A stretch of DNA of 64,000 nucleotides from Octopus vulgaris. Its lineage: Eukaryota. The stretch lies in NCBI GenBank assembly GCA_951406725.2, contig OX597817.1, positions 71,734,001 through 71,798,000 on the forward strand, given 5' to 3'. The notes below the pieces were generated by a model, which worked only from the letters and a program-made list of their open reading frames with translations, was not told the DNA's origin and made no database searches. The translations under genes were made by a program, and so were the position numbers. This document shows, one piece after another, positions 14,290-27,200 of the stretch (position 1 is its first letter; every line of letters starts with the position of its first letter).

Positions 14290-16759
14290 AAAATATAAAA
14301 TAGTGACAAACGTACAAGATGTTATTTAAATCATTTATATCACCAACATAAATGTTTCGATGGATACATTAATATTAATCCAGAGGAAAATAAGGTGGAA
14401 TAATGTATCAATCTCATCAGGGTGGAGAGTATAAATAATAGTGGTCATTAATAAGCCATGTTTACAAATTATTTTTCCAATGTAATCACGTATAAACACA
14501 TTCTTTATAAGTGTGTTTGGAAAACAGGATTAGCAGTTGTTCATCCGTACAAAGTGGGCATAAATAATTGCCGTTATCATAAGGGAACGATCTTGATAAA
14601 ATTCTCCAGTCTAAAGTAAATTGTTCATTACAGTCATTGAGATGCCATATTAGTTTGCTAAGACCTCTAGTATTACGTTTACTAATATATTTATATGATT
14701 AGCTATTCGTTTTTTTTTTATCTCAGTGAAACAAATCCAACATAGAAGTTCTTACTTTGGGAAGTAACCTTGCATTCGTAGACTACATTTTTAATCTTGC
14801 AGTTTCTGTTGAGAATACATGTTCGATTTAGATCACAATTACAAGTAATATTACTATTAATATTATTATATAAGGGGTTATTATTATTGTTGATATTATT
14901 GTTATAGTTATTAAGCGAATCCCTTTTACTGTTAAGAATATAAATGCTATGTGAGGAGATAATCTGTAGGAAATTATTAGTGCTGCAAAAGCCAATTCTA
15001 ATAGGATGCGAATTAAGAATAGAATGGCACGTCAAATTTTTGTGGCAGTCCTTTCTATGGCTTTACGAAACAGGTAAGGAAGATTACTTTTAATTTGTTT
15101 ACCATATGGAATAACAAGTCAAATAACTTTATTAGAGCTATGCAATTTATATGAAGATTTCTCATTAAAATTTTGGAGTTGCTTTTATTTTTACAGAAAA
15201 AGCGTGAGGAAGTATAGTTACTCCCTTAGACTGTTTATTCTTAAATTTACGCTGATTAGCTTTTTGACTATTTCGAAACAAGGAATTAATGCTTGAAGTA
15301 TTGCCTGAATGCTGTAATACTTAATTTGCTCCTTATATCCTACTTTTGACAAAGATAAATTATAGAAGACTGCATTATTATCAAATATGTTCACATTCAC
15401 TGATGATTTAGAGAGTCTAAGTGAAATAATTTTAACTAGATTGCTAGGGTGATTGCTAAAAAATTATACTTTAGATTGGTCGAAGACATATGGTATGGGT
15501 AATGCAAAGCTGTGTTTAAGTTGAGTGTAAGGTCGAGGAAATTAACTTTTGTTCTTTCATCATCAAAAGTAATACTTAAGCCCATATTACTGAAGAATTT
15601 CACTAGATTATCTTTAACATTTTGCAATTTTTGATTTAAGATATTTTGGAGGTAAAGAATTCTATTGTCGCGATATAATCCACCGAATACATAAGGGAAT
15701 TAATCAGTTATTTCGGATAGAATATAAATATCGGCCAAATCAGAGACCTGGGCGGAATCGGCTGCCTTATTTTGATATCAAAGCAACCAGGTCTATCTTT
15801 ACGCACCCTAAATTTACAATCAAATTTAATAATAGATTTTCTAGCCACTAAAACTATATTAATTTCATCTCGGGTGAGGCCAGATTTATTACGCGCGAAC
15901 CACAGGGCTTCATTAAGGATGATAGTAATAATAGAAGAATAACAATAACATATATCAAACAGGATAAATTTGGTATTTAGTTTATTAGCTATAGAATTGA
16001 ACCAATCTACTACCTGGAATGAATTAGACCATAAATTAAGTTTAAGTTTTTTCTTTAAAAATGGAATGTACTTATGAAGAATATTTTTGCTAAGTATACT
16101 GATATCGGAGCTAGAAGGACAGATGAGACGGGGAGGTGGTTTATTGAAGCAGTTAGGTTTGTGGTCCTTGAAAAGAAAACAGGGTTGCTTTGGATTTAGA
16201 GGTTTATTTGTAAGCTATATTTCTCCATAATTTTCTTAGCTTCCTAGGTGGCTTTCCTAATATCATTTTTACCAGTAGCCCTATATATTTCTTGTATTTG
16301 TTTCCTGAGTAATGTTAGGTAATAATCCATGCTTATTATACAGGTTGCCTGTTTTATCTGATTGAGCAAGTAGACCTTCCATGTTCTTAATGACCTTGGT
16401 AATATTATGTAGATATTGCAGATGTTTATTCCTTAATGGAGAACGATGGAATTTAACGTTCTTAACAATAAACTAGAGGTCTGCTTCAAATTGTTTTAAG
16501 CTTGGGTGAGGAGGAGGATTATTTCTAGATTTGAATAATTTAATGAATTCAGGAATTTGATCATTAGAAGACGGCTTAATATGCTTATTATCGAAGAAGA
16601 AACCTTGCCATCAGACACGATTAATAAAAGAGATGATCAATGTGTTGTTTAAGGAATTCCTTTCTTGGGAGAATTGCTATATCGTTAAGAGGCGTTTATA
16701 TTAAAGATCTCCATTTGTAGTAACTATCTAAGTTGCAAGTTTTAATAATGAAAAACCTG

Positions 16760-16762
<3 letters not shown>
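14290..16762 (-). mobile_element. Penelope-like retroelement (RT plus C-terminal GIY-YIG), degenerate, inserted in (TA)n
   Basis: Minus-strand fragments: FINRV*WQGFFF (N-terminal), FDI...ADSAQVSDL, GGLYRDN (YxDD site), KVNFLDLTL, CNC...C...CKIKNVVYECKV...FYVG (GIY-YIG), LCTDEQ. Many stops and frameshifts; HHR at the 3' end; (TA)n on both sides. Confidence 0.9.
14341..14424 (-). ncRNA. Hammerhead ribozyme at the 3' end of the PLE
   Basis: Minus strand cacc-CTGATGA-GATtGATACATTA...TAATGTATCcATC-GAAAC-atttat-GTT-ggtg. Canonical core, 12/13-bp stem II. Confidence 0.75.
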
Positions 16763-16802
<40 letters not shown>

Positions 16803-16830
16803 AATATATATACATATATATTCTTGCATC

Positions 16831-17243
16831 CTTTTACTCTTTTATTTGTTTCAGTCATTTGACTGCAGCCATGCAGGAGCACTGCTTTTAGTCGAACAAA
16901 TCGACCCCAGGACTTATTCTTTGTAAGAGTAGTACTTATTCTATCGGTCTCTTTTGCCGAACCGCTAATTTACAGGGACTTAAACACACCAACATCGGTT
17001 CTCAAGCAATGGTATGGGAACAAACACAGACACACGCACGCACACATATATATAGATACACACACACATACTTATATTCACGACGGGCTTCTTTCAGCTT
17101 CCGTCTACCAAATTCACAGACAAGGCTTTGGTCGGCCCTGGGCTATAGTAGAAGACACTTGCCCAAGGTGCCCCGCAGTGGGACTGAACCCGGAAACATG
17201 TGATTGGTAAGCAAGCTACTTACCACACAGATACATCAGCGCC
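16831..17243 (-). mobile_element. tRNA-derived SINE family 2 (internal CA/TA microsatellite)
   Basis: gtggtaagtagcttgc...ggttcagtccc head, ccttgggcaagtgtcttc core. Other copies about 1715-1860(-), 10648-11043(-), 53800-53955(+), 54098-54505(+), 58175-58580(-). Confidence 0.85.
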
Positions 17244-17349
17244 TATGTTTAATTTTCAAGGACAGATCCGGAGAAATAATTACCAAAGTAGCCAATGTCA
17301 CGTAAACACTCTTAAGATATTAGTAACCACACATACATGGGTAATAATT

Positions 17350-17810
17350 CTAAAAAGTGAAACGTGTTTGGAGGATATAAGAGAAATGGAAAACGAAGAC
17401 AAACGCACACGATGTTATATAAATCATTTATATCACCGACATAAATGTTTCGATGGATATATTAATATTAATCCAGGAGGAAAGATAAGATGGAATAATG
17501 TAACAATCTCATCAGATTGGAGATTATAAATAACATGGCTGATAAGCCATGTTTACAAATATACGAAATTATAATATATAATATATAAAAACAAATGGTG
17601 GATATATTGGTAAATGTAAAGCTACAGGTCCTAGCAAACTAATATGGTATCTCAAAGACCGTAATAAACTATTTACTTTAGACTGGAGAATTTTGTCAAA
17701 ATCGTTCCCTTATCATAATGGCAAATCTTTTTACCTTTGTACGGATGAGCAACTACTTATCTTCTTCCCCAACCACACACTTGTCAACACCTATAAAGAA
17801 TGTGTTTTTA
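17350..17810. mobile_element. Short PLE insertion of the same family (minus-strand 3' end plus inverted plus-strand C-terminal piece)
   Basis: 17410-17560 matches 14318-14470. 17620-17810 is the reverse-complement homologue of about 14490-14670 (SKSFPYHNG..LCTDEQLLIF). Confidence 0.8.
17434..17519 (-). ncRNA. Hammerhead ribozyme, paralogue of 14341-14424
   Basis: CTGATGA-G...C-GAAAC-atttat-GTC-ggtg on minus. GUC triplet intact, stem I weakened. Confidence 0.65.
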
Positions 17811-18237
17811 CTGGTGCTTATATAGGAAAAAACACACACTTTCAGCTATTTCAAATAATATATACTCTGTTTAGCCTAAAAATATATCTAATTTTCACTC
17901 TATTCGTTTCAATCCACACATGCCATTCTTTCCTTTATCGTTTCTATCTATTTGTCATTCACATTTCTATTTAGTCGGTCCTCCATTTCTTACTTCATTT
18001 TCTTCCATGTATGTATGTATGTACAAATAGTTGTTTCTATGTTATAATAAAAACAATTTTACATTGCATTAAATGATTCCTCAACACATCTGGTAGAGTG
18101 TACAAATATTTTATTTTTCAACAAAAATAGTTTTGACAGTGTCTTCGAAATTTGGCGACTAAACCACCTTCGGGCGCTCCGATGGTGGGTTAGCTTGCCA
18201 AAACTTGGAAGTTATTGTCAAAACTATTCTTCTTAAA

Positions 18238-18272
<35 letters not shown>

Positions 18273-18518
18273 CTTATAATTTCGTTAAACCGAAAAATAA
18301 AAATAGGACTGCAGGTAGAAGTGCTCACGTAACACTGAGACAAAAAGGAAAGGAAAAAAAAAACAAATTGAAGGGTATAATGAATAAACGCTCTAATTGG
18401 TGAAAACTAACTTTATAAGATTCCCATATTATCACAATATCGAACATAAATATATATTAAAAGCATCATGGTATCCAGTGGTAAAACCCTATAGTATAAA
18501 AATATGTACATATAATAA

Positions 18519-18623
<105 letters not shown>

Positions 18624-19047
18624 CATACATACACATCTATATATATATATATATCAAAATTATTAAAAAAAGATAATTAGTATAACACTACGATCGTTAT
18701 ATATACATATATATATATATATATAAATATATAATAATAAATATTAGGGAATAAATCCAAATTTACAGGGAAAAAAATCAGATTTAGGATTAAATCCAAT
18801 TTTATAGTAAAATATTATAAAATATTATTAGAGACAAATAATAATTCTCTAAAAGAGATATAGACAGTAACTGCTCGATAACATAAGGGACTAAAGCCAT
18901 CTGAATATGGCTAGGGACAGGGCAGGGTGGTGGGGGTGTTACTGTTGCATTTAGCCCCAGGCGAACATCGACGTCACCAGAAAGGCTCGACACCGTCACG
19001 GTGTCCTTAACCTGCAAAGGGAGGTAATTCCCTCGATGAAGCGGAAA

Positions 19048-19097
19048 CCACACACGGACCATGGTTTCAAGGTGTATTGCCTATCGTCGGCGTGTGG
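19048..19097 (-). ncRNA. Type I hammerhead ribozyme motif (variant core), second copy
   Basis: Reverse complement of 19544-19593. Confidence 0.75.
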
Positions 19098-19543
19098 TCG
19101 GCTTCCGCTTCCTCGACGAATTCTCACTCTGCAGGATATTCATATATAGATTTTCAAGCAAAATACATTTGCTGATTTCGAAAATCTGTTCGAAAGCAAT
19201 AATAATTCTCTAAAAGAGATATAGACAGTAACTGCTCGATAACATAAGGGACTAAAGCCATCTGAATATGGCTAGGGACAGGGCAGGGTGGTGGGGGTGT
19301 TACTGTTGCATTTAGCCCCAGGCGAACATCGACGTCACCAGAAAGGCTCGACACCGTCACGGTGTCCTTAACCTGCAAAATGGCTTTAGTCCCTTATGTT
19401 ATCGAGCAGTTACTGTCTATATCTCTTTTAGAGAATTATTATTGCTTTCGAACAGATTTTCGAAATCAGCAAATGTATTTTGCTTGAAAATCTATATATG
19501 AATATCCTGCAGAGTGAGAATTCGTCGAGGAAGCGGAAGTCTA

Positions 19544-19593
19544 CCACACGCCGACGATAGGCAATACACCTTGAAACCATGGTCCGTGTGTGG
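19544..19593 (+). ncRNA. Type I hammerhead ribozyme motif (variant core)
   Basis: ccacacg-CCGACGA-tAGGcaatacaCCTt-GAAAC-catg-GTC-cgtgtgtgg. Palindromic stem III ACCATGGT, predicted cut after 19584. Stem I extends through gaagcggaa/ttccgcttc. Confidence 0.75.
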
Positions 19594-19770
19594 TTTCCGC
19601 TTCATCGGGGAATTACCTCCCTTTGCAGGTTAAGGACACCGTGACGGTGTCGAGCCTTTCTGGTGACGTCGATGTTCGCCTGGGGCTAAATGCAACAGTA
19701 ACACCCCCACCACCCTGCCCTGTCCCTAGCCATATTCAGATGGCTTTAGTCCCTTATGTTATATATATAT

Positions 19771-19850
<80 letters not shown>

Positions 19851-20181
19851 GTGAGTGACGTTAGAAGTTTTAACCGCCTAATGGATACTTGTATCCAATG
19901 AATCAACTGGTGTATTATCTATATTTGATCATGCGCATTGGTATTAATTCTCATAAATGATAGATAATTACAAGAATAATCGAAAGTTTATCAATATTCA
20001 AGGAAAGAAGAACACGGAGATAAAATTGATGAATGACGATTGCTTTACACGAATTATCATTTACTTTTAATTAATAAATATATTGATTAATGACAATTGG
20101 CGTAAATCAATTGTTATTCATCAATTTTATCTCTATTTTCGGTTTTCCTTACATATATATGTATGTCTGTATGCATGTTTG

Positions 20182-20220
<39 letters not shown>

Positions 20221-20225
<5 letters not shown>

Positions 20226-20570
20226 ACACATTGAGAAATGCGCAAAGCAACTACTGCCACAATTTTTAATCTTCCCATTTTACCAATGTGCTTTCGGATC
20301 ATCAACACAAATGAGACTGAACAAGGAAACATTCTTCATTGAATAATACAAACCCAGACTCAACCATCCGAACATACTGACACAGAGAAATTAACAAGGG
20401 AAAGGAAAAAAATTTTAAGCGATTATCTCCCTTACACCGGAAGAAATCACTCACTACCTCCCCTTATTTAGAAATCTCCTGAAAATAAACACAACGATAA
20501 CTCCATGCAATATAAACATAACGTCACAAGAAATTTGAAAAGCTACACGCGAAACCGGTATTTCTTTAAA
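20221..20570 (+). mobile_element. PLE GIY-YIG C-terminal fragment and 3' end
   Basis: SEHIEKCAKQLLPQFLIFPFYQC...RLNKETFFIE*YKPRLN resembles the R..E..FI...P.LN end of GIY-YIG domains; begins at (TA)n. Confidence 0.7.
20528..20566 (+). ncRNA. Degenerate minimal hammerhead downstream of a PLE endonuclease fragment
   Basis: aagaaat-TTGAAAA-GCtacacGC-GAAAC-cg-GTA-tttctt. U3:A8 replaces C3:G8, palindromic ACCGGT, stem I register off by one. Confidence 0.45.
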
Positions 20571-20744
20571 AATTATGAAATTATGTCATTTTAAGGAAAG
20601 GAAAAAAAATTTTTCCAATATTCTCCAGACATTTTGACACAAATATATATATTTTTTAACATTTAAGCCTTCTGTCGTTTTTTCACTCTTTACTATTTTC
20701 TTATATATTCACCCACGTGCTTTACCAAACAAACTTTCTTATCT

Positions 20745-20777
<33 letters not shown>

Positions 20778-20857
20778 CATACGTATACAAAAATACATAG
20801 TACATTTATATATATGTATGTAGATATAGACATACATATAAACATAAATATGTCTAA

Positions 20858-20898
<41 letters not shown>

Positions 20899-20922
20899 TG
20901 TGTATGTGTGTGTGTGTGTGTG

Positions 20923-21224
20923 TGGAGGCGCAATGGCCCAGTGGTTAGGTCAGCGGACTTGCGGTCGTGGGATCGCGGTTTCGATTCCCAGACCAGGCGT
21001 TGTGAGTGTTTATTGAGCAAAAACACCTAAAGTTCCACGAGGTTCGGGCGAGGGATGGTGGCGATCCCTGCTGTACTCTTTCGCCTCATCTTTCTCTCGC
21101 TCTTTCTTCTGTTGGCCTGCTCACTTAGCGAGCGCAGTGGCGTCATTTGAAGGCTAAAACAATGCAAAGCGCAGTGTGACCAGCGATGTTTAGCATCATT
21201 TGGTAGCCTGGTCGGTCACGTGAT

Positions 21225-21228
<4 letters not shown>
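20923..21228 (+). mobile_element. tRNA-derived SINE family 3
   Basis: tggcccagtggtt A-box and ggtttcgattcc B-box; related heads at about 40957 and 57208. Confidence 0.75.
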
Positions 21229-21262
<34 letters not shown>

Positions 21263-21361
21263 GAATGAATATATACATATATACATACATGCAAACATAC
21301 ATACATAGATACATACATGCATACATATGTACATCCATATGTACATCCATATGTACATCTA

Positions 21362-21392
<31 letters not shown>

Positions 21393-21442
21393 CAAATATA
21401 TATATGTATATATATATATACATATATATATATGTATATATG

Positions 21443-21490
<48 letters not shown>

Positions 21491-24245
21491 TACACTAGCA
21501 CATATATACATATACATAGAATACATATGGGTTAATTTAAGTGAATGTGTGTGTTTGTGTGTATATAACTTCTTTGTATCAATTTGAAATTGTACCACAA
21601 AGCGTTGTAGTTTGTTGCACTCAGTACATAAATATAAAACTCTAATGTAAATGAAATTCAGTACAATTTAACCTGGAGATATTCAACTTAGGTGTCAATC
21701 CTTTGATTTCTTGTGGAATAACACAATTTATATTTAAAATATTGCCTATCATAAATTATCAATGAGCAAAAATAAAATAATATTAAAAAATTTAAAATTG
21801 ACAAGTGACTTAGTAAAGAAATATAACTAAAATGGAAGAAAAGATCCTAAAATATAAAAAGCAAGATGAAAGATTAAAAACTAAGTTTAATGAATGTATG
21901 CAATAATGCACTTGATAAATAATGTAAATAAGTGAAAAAAATTTCCTTTAAAGTACCTGCGTAACGTTAAAAGAGTTTACATTTACAAGTTCAAGGGGCA
22001 TGAATCGTCAAACACAAATGACAAGGAAAACTGCAATAAATTTACAATTTAAAATTCTTTGGCTGACCTTCTGGTTAGGGTATTCTAGGCTACACATGTG
22101 TAATAATCGTTATGAAATATTAAACAGTTTATACAATATGATAATGTTGGTTTTTTTTTTTTTCTTAAAAAATTTATAATGTGGCGGAAATACTTCGAAT
22201 GACCTGGCGCCCATGCATGATACACATTCCCAATTTTTTATCTACCAGAATAACTAGGGGCTTATAGAGGAAAGCTTTATATTATTCAGAACGTATGAAT
22301 GAAGAGCTAACTAAAAGCTGAGTACAAGCATGAAAACTTAGAAAACATTTTATGAAGATGCTTTGGACAGCCAAGTGGTTAACAAATATGAATGCCTGCT
22401 TGTTTTCTGTACAAGGATCAAAATGGTTTAATAAATTCTACTTGTGTCATGACAACGTTATATTATAGTGACATGCTAACTTTGACTGCTTTGTTTGCGT
22501 GAAGAAGAGTTTGTTTAATATTTACTTATTACAATCTGTCGCTTTATTGTATTTTAAAGTTTTTTTTTAATATCAACTATGATAGATAATACGTAACTAG
22601 AGAAAATGAAATGTGTATCTTACCTAAATATCATTTCTAGATCTGTACAGTATATAATTTTATTTATTTATTATTTAAATTTTTTGCTCCTTTTCATTTG
22701 AGATTTTTGGGTATCATGATTCGTATATTGTAACATATAATTTTTGTTAAATGTTTTTTGTTCACTAAGAAGATAATGTTTGATCGTTGATCTTTGGACT
22801 GTTTACACTCGTATGACACATACAATGCAGTCATATTTCTTTATTAATAAAATGTGACAACTTGACAAAATGTAGTCATGTTTCATGGATGTTTCGTGAC
22901 TCTTGAAGCTGAAAGCGTAAACTTCAACTATAACGTTTAAGGATTAATCCTTGAATCGAACATTTTAAAATCTATTATTTTATTTATCTATTCTTATTTG
23001 TTTATTCAAGTGTTTCATGCATTTCTCACTATCCTTTTTTCTTTACCTCTTCCGCCCTCTTCTTATCCTTTTCTTGTTTTTTCTTTATTTTTCTCTCTTA
23101 GTCCCCAACATTGTTTTACTAGGGATATATTTTAAAATCGCCTTTCAATTTTTACGTTTTGTTGATGAAATTTAAGAACTGAATTATTTGCATGTCTGTT
23201 GATATGGCTAAGTAGTTCGTTTTGTAGCGACGTAAATTCAGAGAGCCAATATTTAACCCGTTGGCCAATAATCAAAAGATAAGTAAAGTATAAGTAAAGT
23301 ATATGTGATAAAATGAGGTGCAATGAAATAGTTACAAGTGCGGATTAAAAACAGGATCGCGAATGGGGCTTGCCAAGAGGCCATAACTGATTTTATGTAA
23401 TAATGCAATCAATTGTTAAGACAGAGTTAGAAATTATAATAGTATAAAGAAAACACAATATTAGTCAAAGGCAGATATTACTTTAATTATTTTATCCACA
23501 CATGGGGAACCACTTAGGACAAGTTTCTGAAGAGTAGACCACCTCAGCGAAGTATAGAAACTACCGCATTTGTCTCAAGTAGTGACTGCGTAGATGTTGA
23601 ATACTGTACACCAGCTGGGTTGAGAAGTTGTATATTTTTAGAGAACGAATTACTCAGAGAAACTGCTGCGTGAAAAACAGCAGTGAAGCTAATGTCAATA
23701 TATTTAATGAAGCGATTATTCAAAGTCTGATTAATAAATAATAATTACTGTGTTGTGTTCTTAAGCAAAACACTTCATTTCCAGTTGCTCTACTACTGTA
23801 TTCGTTTCTTACAAAATTGTTCTAAAGATAATTGTACTCGCCAATAAGAATATGCTACGCCATATTATGAAGGTAACTTAAATTAGGGATTCTTTATGAG
23901 GTTTCCTATTTTGCTAGAAACAGCAGCTAAATCTCCCGAACGTCATACTAACATTTTCAAAAAGAAAGGATACAACAGGCAAGGTGGTTCTGGACATATC
24001 ATTCCTAAACTATAAGGCCTGAAGATCCCCCTCCACCTTCAGCTAGAATGTCTGTTTATTGATTATGCCATAAGAGTTGATCTAGGACTAATTAATAACA
24101 CGAACAAAGACAAGAACAACGACGACAACAATTACTACTCTACTACTACTACATCTCCATCAAATCCATCCACACCATAACACCACCACCACCACCACCA
24201 CCACCACCACTACCACCGCCACCTCTACAACAACAACAATAACAG

Positions 24246-24293
<48 letters not shown>

Positions 24294-27200
24294 TCTAGAA
24301 ATAATTAATTTGGTGCAAAAATTCCCATTGAACGTCAGTCGAAGGAAGGAGCCTCTAAGTAGTTTCTCAACCTGCAAGAAATATCAGCTAAATTTCCATC
24401 AAATATAATCTTATTATCTCGAAAATAAAAATAACATGTTGGCGTTAGACAATATACAAAAATAATGGGATGGTCATAGCTGGAACCCATTTGATTATAG
24501 GTCTGCTCAATAAAGACTGACTTTGATAGATTGGGGAGCTAAAGACCGTAAAAAAAAAGCAACAGTACCGCCAGGCGACATCCTATCCAGGCTATGGAAA
24601 GTGGGTGGTGGATTAACGGTAAGCGCAATTTTAATCGTTGATCAATAATTTCGATTTAAAATCGTAGCTCTTTCTTGGCATAATGTTCTTTTCTTTGCCG
24701 GAGCAGTCAGTTTGATTCAGCCAGTTATATTTCTACACCCAACATAAGTACAATGTTTTTATGTTGCTTACTCTAATACAGACTAAATACATAAATAAAT
24801 AAATAAATACGAAGCAATCGAAAAAACACGAATAAACCTTCATTCGCCTGATAAACAATCTTTTACTGATCAACACATCTGGCTCACTACCGAGTTATGT
24901 TTACACTGCCTCATCTATTGCGATTATAACGCTATCAGTGTTGCTGAACTTACTGACTATATAACAAACATCTCAGACTAAACTTGATGATGCTTTCATT
25001 TCTCTGAACGCCCCCTCCCTCTCGTCTCTCTGAACTAAAATAGTTTTCTTTATTCTTTCTTCTCATTATTATATCTTTCTGGAATTCTCACTCTGCTCAA
25101 TTTCTTCTCTTATGCTATACTTTTTTTCTCCATAATATCATTAACGGTAGTAATCAACCTGTTCTTCACAACGGAATCTTATGAAATACGTCGTCTACTT
25201 CAGATTAATACTTTCTCTCATTGGTACGAAGCCAGTAAGTTGATTAAACCTAGGTGCAATGTCAATATTTTCTTATCTACAACTGAAAGATGAAAAGAAA
25301 AATGGACCACTGGATGGATTAGAATTCAAAGCAGAGAGTTGACAGTAAATATTAATTAGAAGATAAAGGCATCATTTAGTCACAAAATCTACGATTTATA
25401 ACATTCCACCACTTATTTTTCTTGTTTTTGATTTGTGACTAAAATTCCTTCCTGCCTTATTCAAAAGAGAAATGACAGCCACCATGACCTTTTATAGTAT
25501 ATTAGCATAATAGGATATCGTCACAGCAGGCACAAGGCCAGAATGCCTGCAGTAAAGAAGATTTCGCCAAAGGCAGCCAAGGATAAACGTAATAGGGTTA
25601 CGCTGAACGGCGCAAGTCTCTCGTTCGAAAATAGGCACTCTTAGTACGACGAAATGCTGCAGTTTTCATTTGATTAATTTCGTTCACAATACTTGATTTA
25701 TCTCAAAGCTGTGGTAGAAAAACCCTGCTTAATATGCTGCATTGTTGGATCCAAACCAGAATCACATAAACACACAGCTGAAAATAATTCACTCAAACTA
25801 TCTTTGGGTTTTCTACGAAACGTTTCTTTCTTCAAATGCTGTATATGTAGACCTTTCCCAGTGCATCGCTAATTTGTGCTTGTATTTTTCTCAGAATATT
25901 TCTTTATTATATTTAGTTTTAGTAATACAGTCTATTAAAGTTAGTTGAATGTTACAGCCTAAATCTTTAGTAGGTCGCATTTCTTTTTATTGAAGCAGGC
26001 TCATTAGCTTGGATATTCTTCAGAAGAGCAAACTATACAATATAAAACAATTACAATGATACTAAGAAAACAAGCAACGTATTTTCGCAGTCATATCGTA
26101 AAATAGGTTTGAAATCGTGTTAATAAAATGCCTTGTTCAAGATAACCTTATTCAACCTGTGCATTTGTTATTTGATGGGTTCTCCATTGGAATGAAGTAT
26201 TAAAACAGTTGACTTTTAATGCAAACTTATAAACAGTTGTGACATTGGAAATGCATAACCTGCGACGTGACCGAAAAGAAGACATGTTATTTTGAACGAC
26301 TGAGACCAATTATCTCTAAGCAAATACTATAGAAGTCAAGTACATAATTTGTTGCTGTAAGCAGTGAAAGAACATAAAATGATCTGCAATAAACCGGTAT
26401 CTTATTCAGAAAGAGATTTGTGAACTTTAAGTTTGCACGTAAATTCCAGTACGGCAGTTCACACATGGAAATAAATAATCTGGAATTACCTTGTATTTTT
26501 ACCTGAAGTAGAATTACGCTCTCAGAATTTGAACACATTTGTAGGCGCAATAATTTAAATACAGCTATTTACAGTCGAAAGTTCAGTGGTTAATTTTAAT
26601 TTAATCTCAACTCATACAAAAATGTTACTATCTGAACTAAATATTTGCAGTTAATTAATAATTATACATTCAATTTGAAGAAACCCCAGTATATCAATTT
26701 GGCAACTTAATTCTATTTTAATAAATTCTAATATATGATAGCTTTAACGATGTGCTTGATAATTACTGTTTAATAATGTTTAACAACCAGGAGATTTAAT
26801 CAAACTGAATTGCACAAAGTAATTGAAGCAGTGGAAATGTATATACAGTGTTGACCTCTGGCTGTTAAGGCTGTTAAGATGTCAAGCGACATCTTCCATT
26901 TTATTAGCGACGATGTGTAGTATCAGGTCTCAAAACATGTAAGAAACAAAGTTGCATCTTTAGCATTTCTACCCGTCTAATTGACATACCGTTTGACTGA
27001 CAAGTGATTCAGTTTGTTATGGTTTCTGAGTCAGACACATGTTATGGATAACTTAAAACTTATCATACAAAGTAGCCAGTCGAGGAGAAAAGCAAGCGAT
27101 TCCACTTGTCTTGGGAATAATAGAATTTTGAAGCTACATCTCTTGTGACCAAGAATCAATTAGAGATCCTTTCTTGGGACAAAAACTTATTAAACTTTCA

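Larger units (their letters stand above)
18837..19762. mobile_element. Retrozyme-like element: 360/361-nt monomer, about 1.5 copies on minus joined to about 1.06 copies on plus
   Basis: 18837-19018 recurs at 19198-19379 (period 361). 19380-19762 is the reverse complement of the same unit (period 360), nearly identical. One HHR motif per monomer; right end runs into (AT)n/(GATA)n. Confidence 0.8.

Noticed and set aside
18802-19778. Three repeated ORFs containing QVKDTVTVSSLSGDVDVRLG
   Set aside because: By-product of the 360-nt repeat; starts and ends differ between copies and there is no recognisable domain.
20923-21000. tRNA-like sequence
   Set aside because: SINE head continuing into a repeat body; not a tRNA gene.
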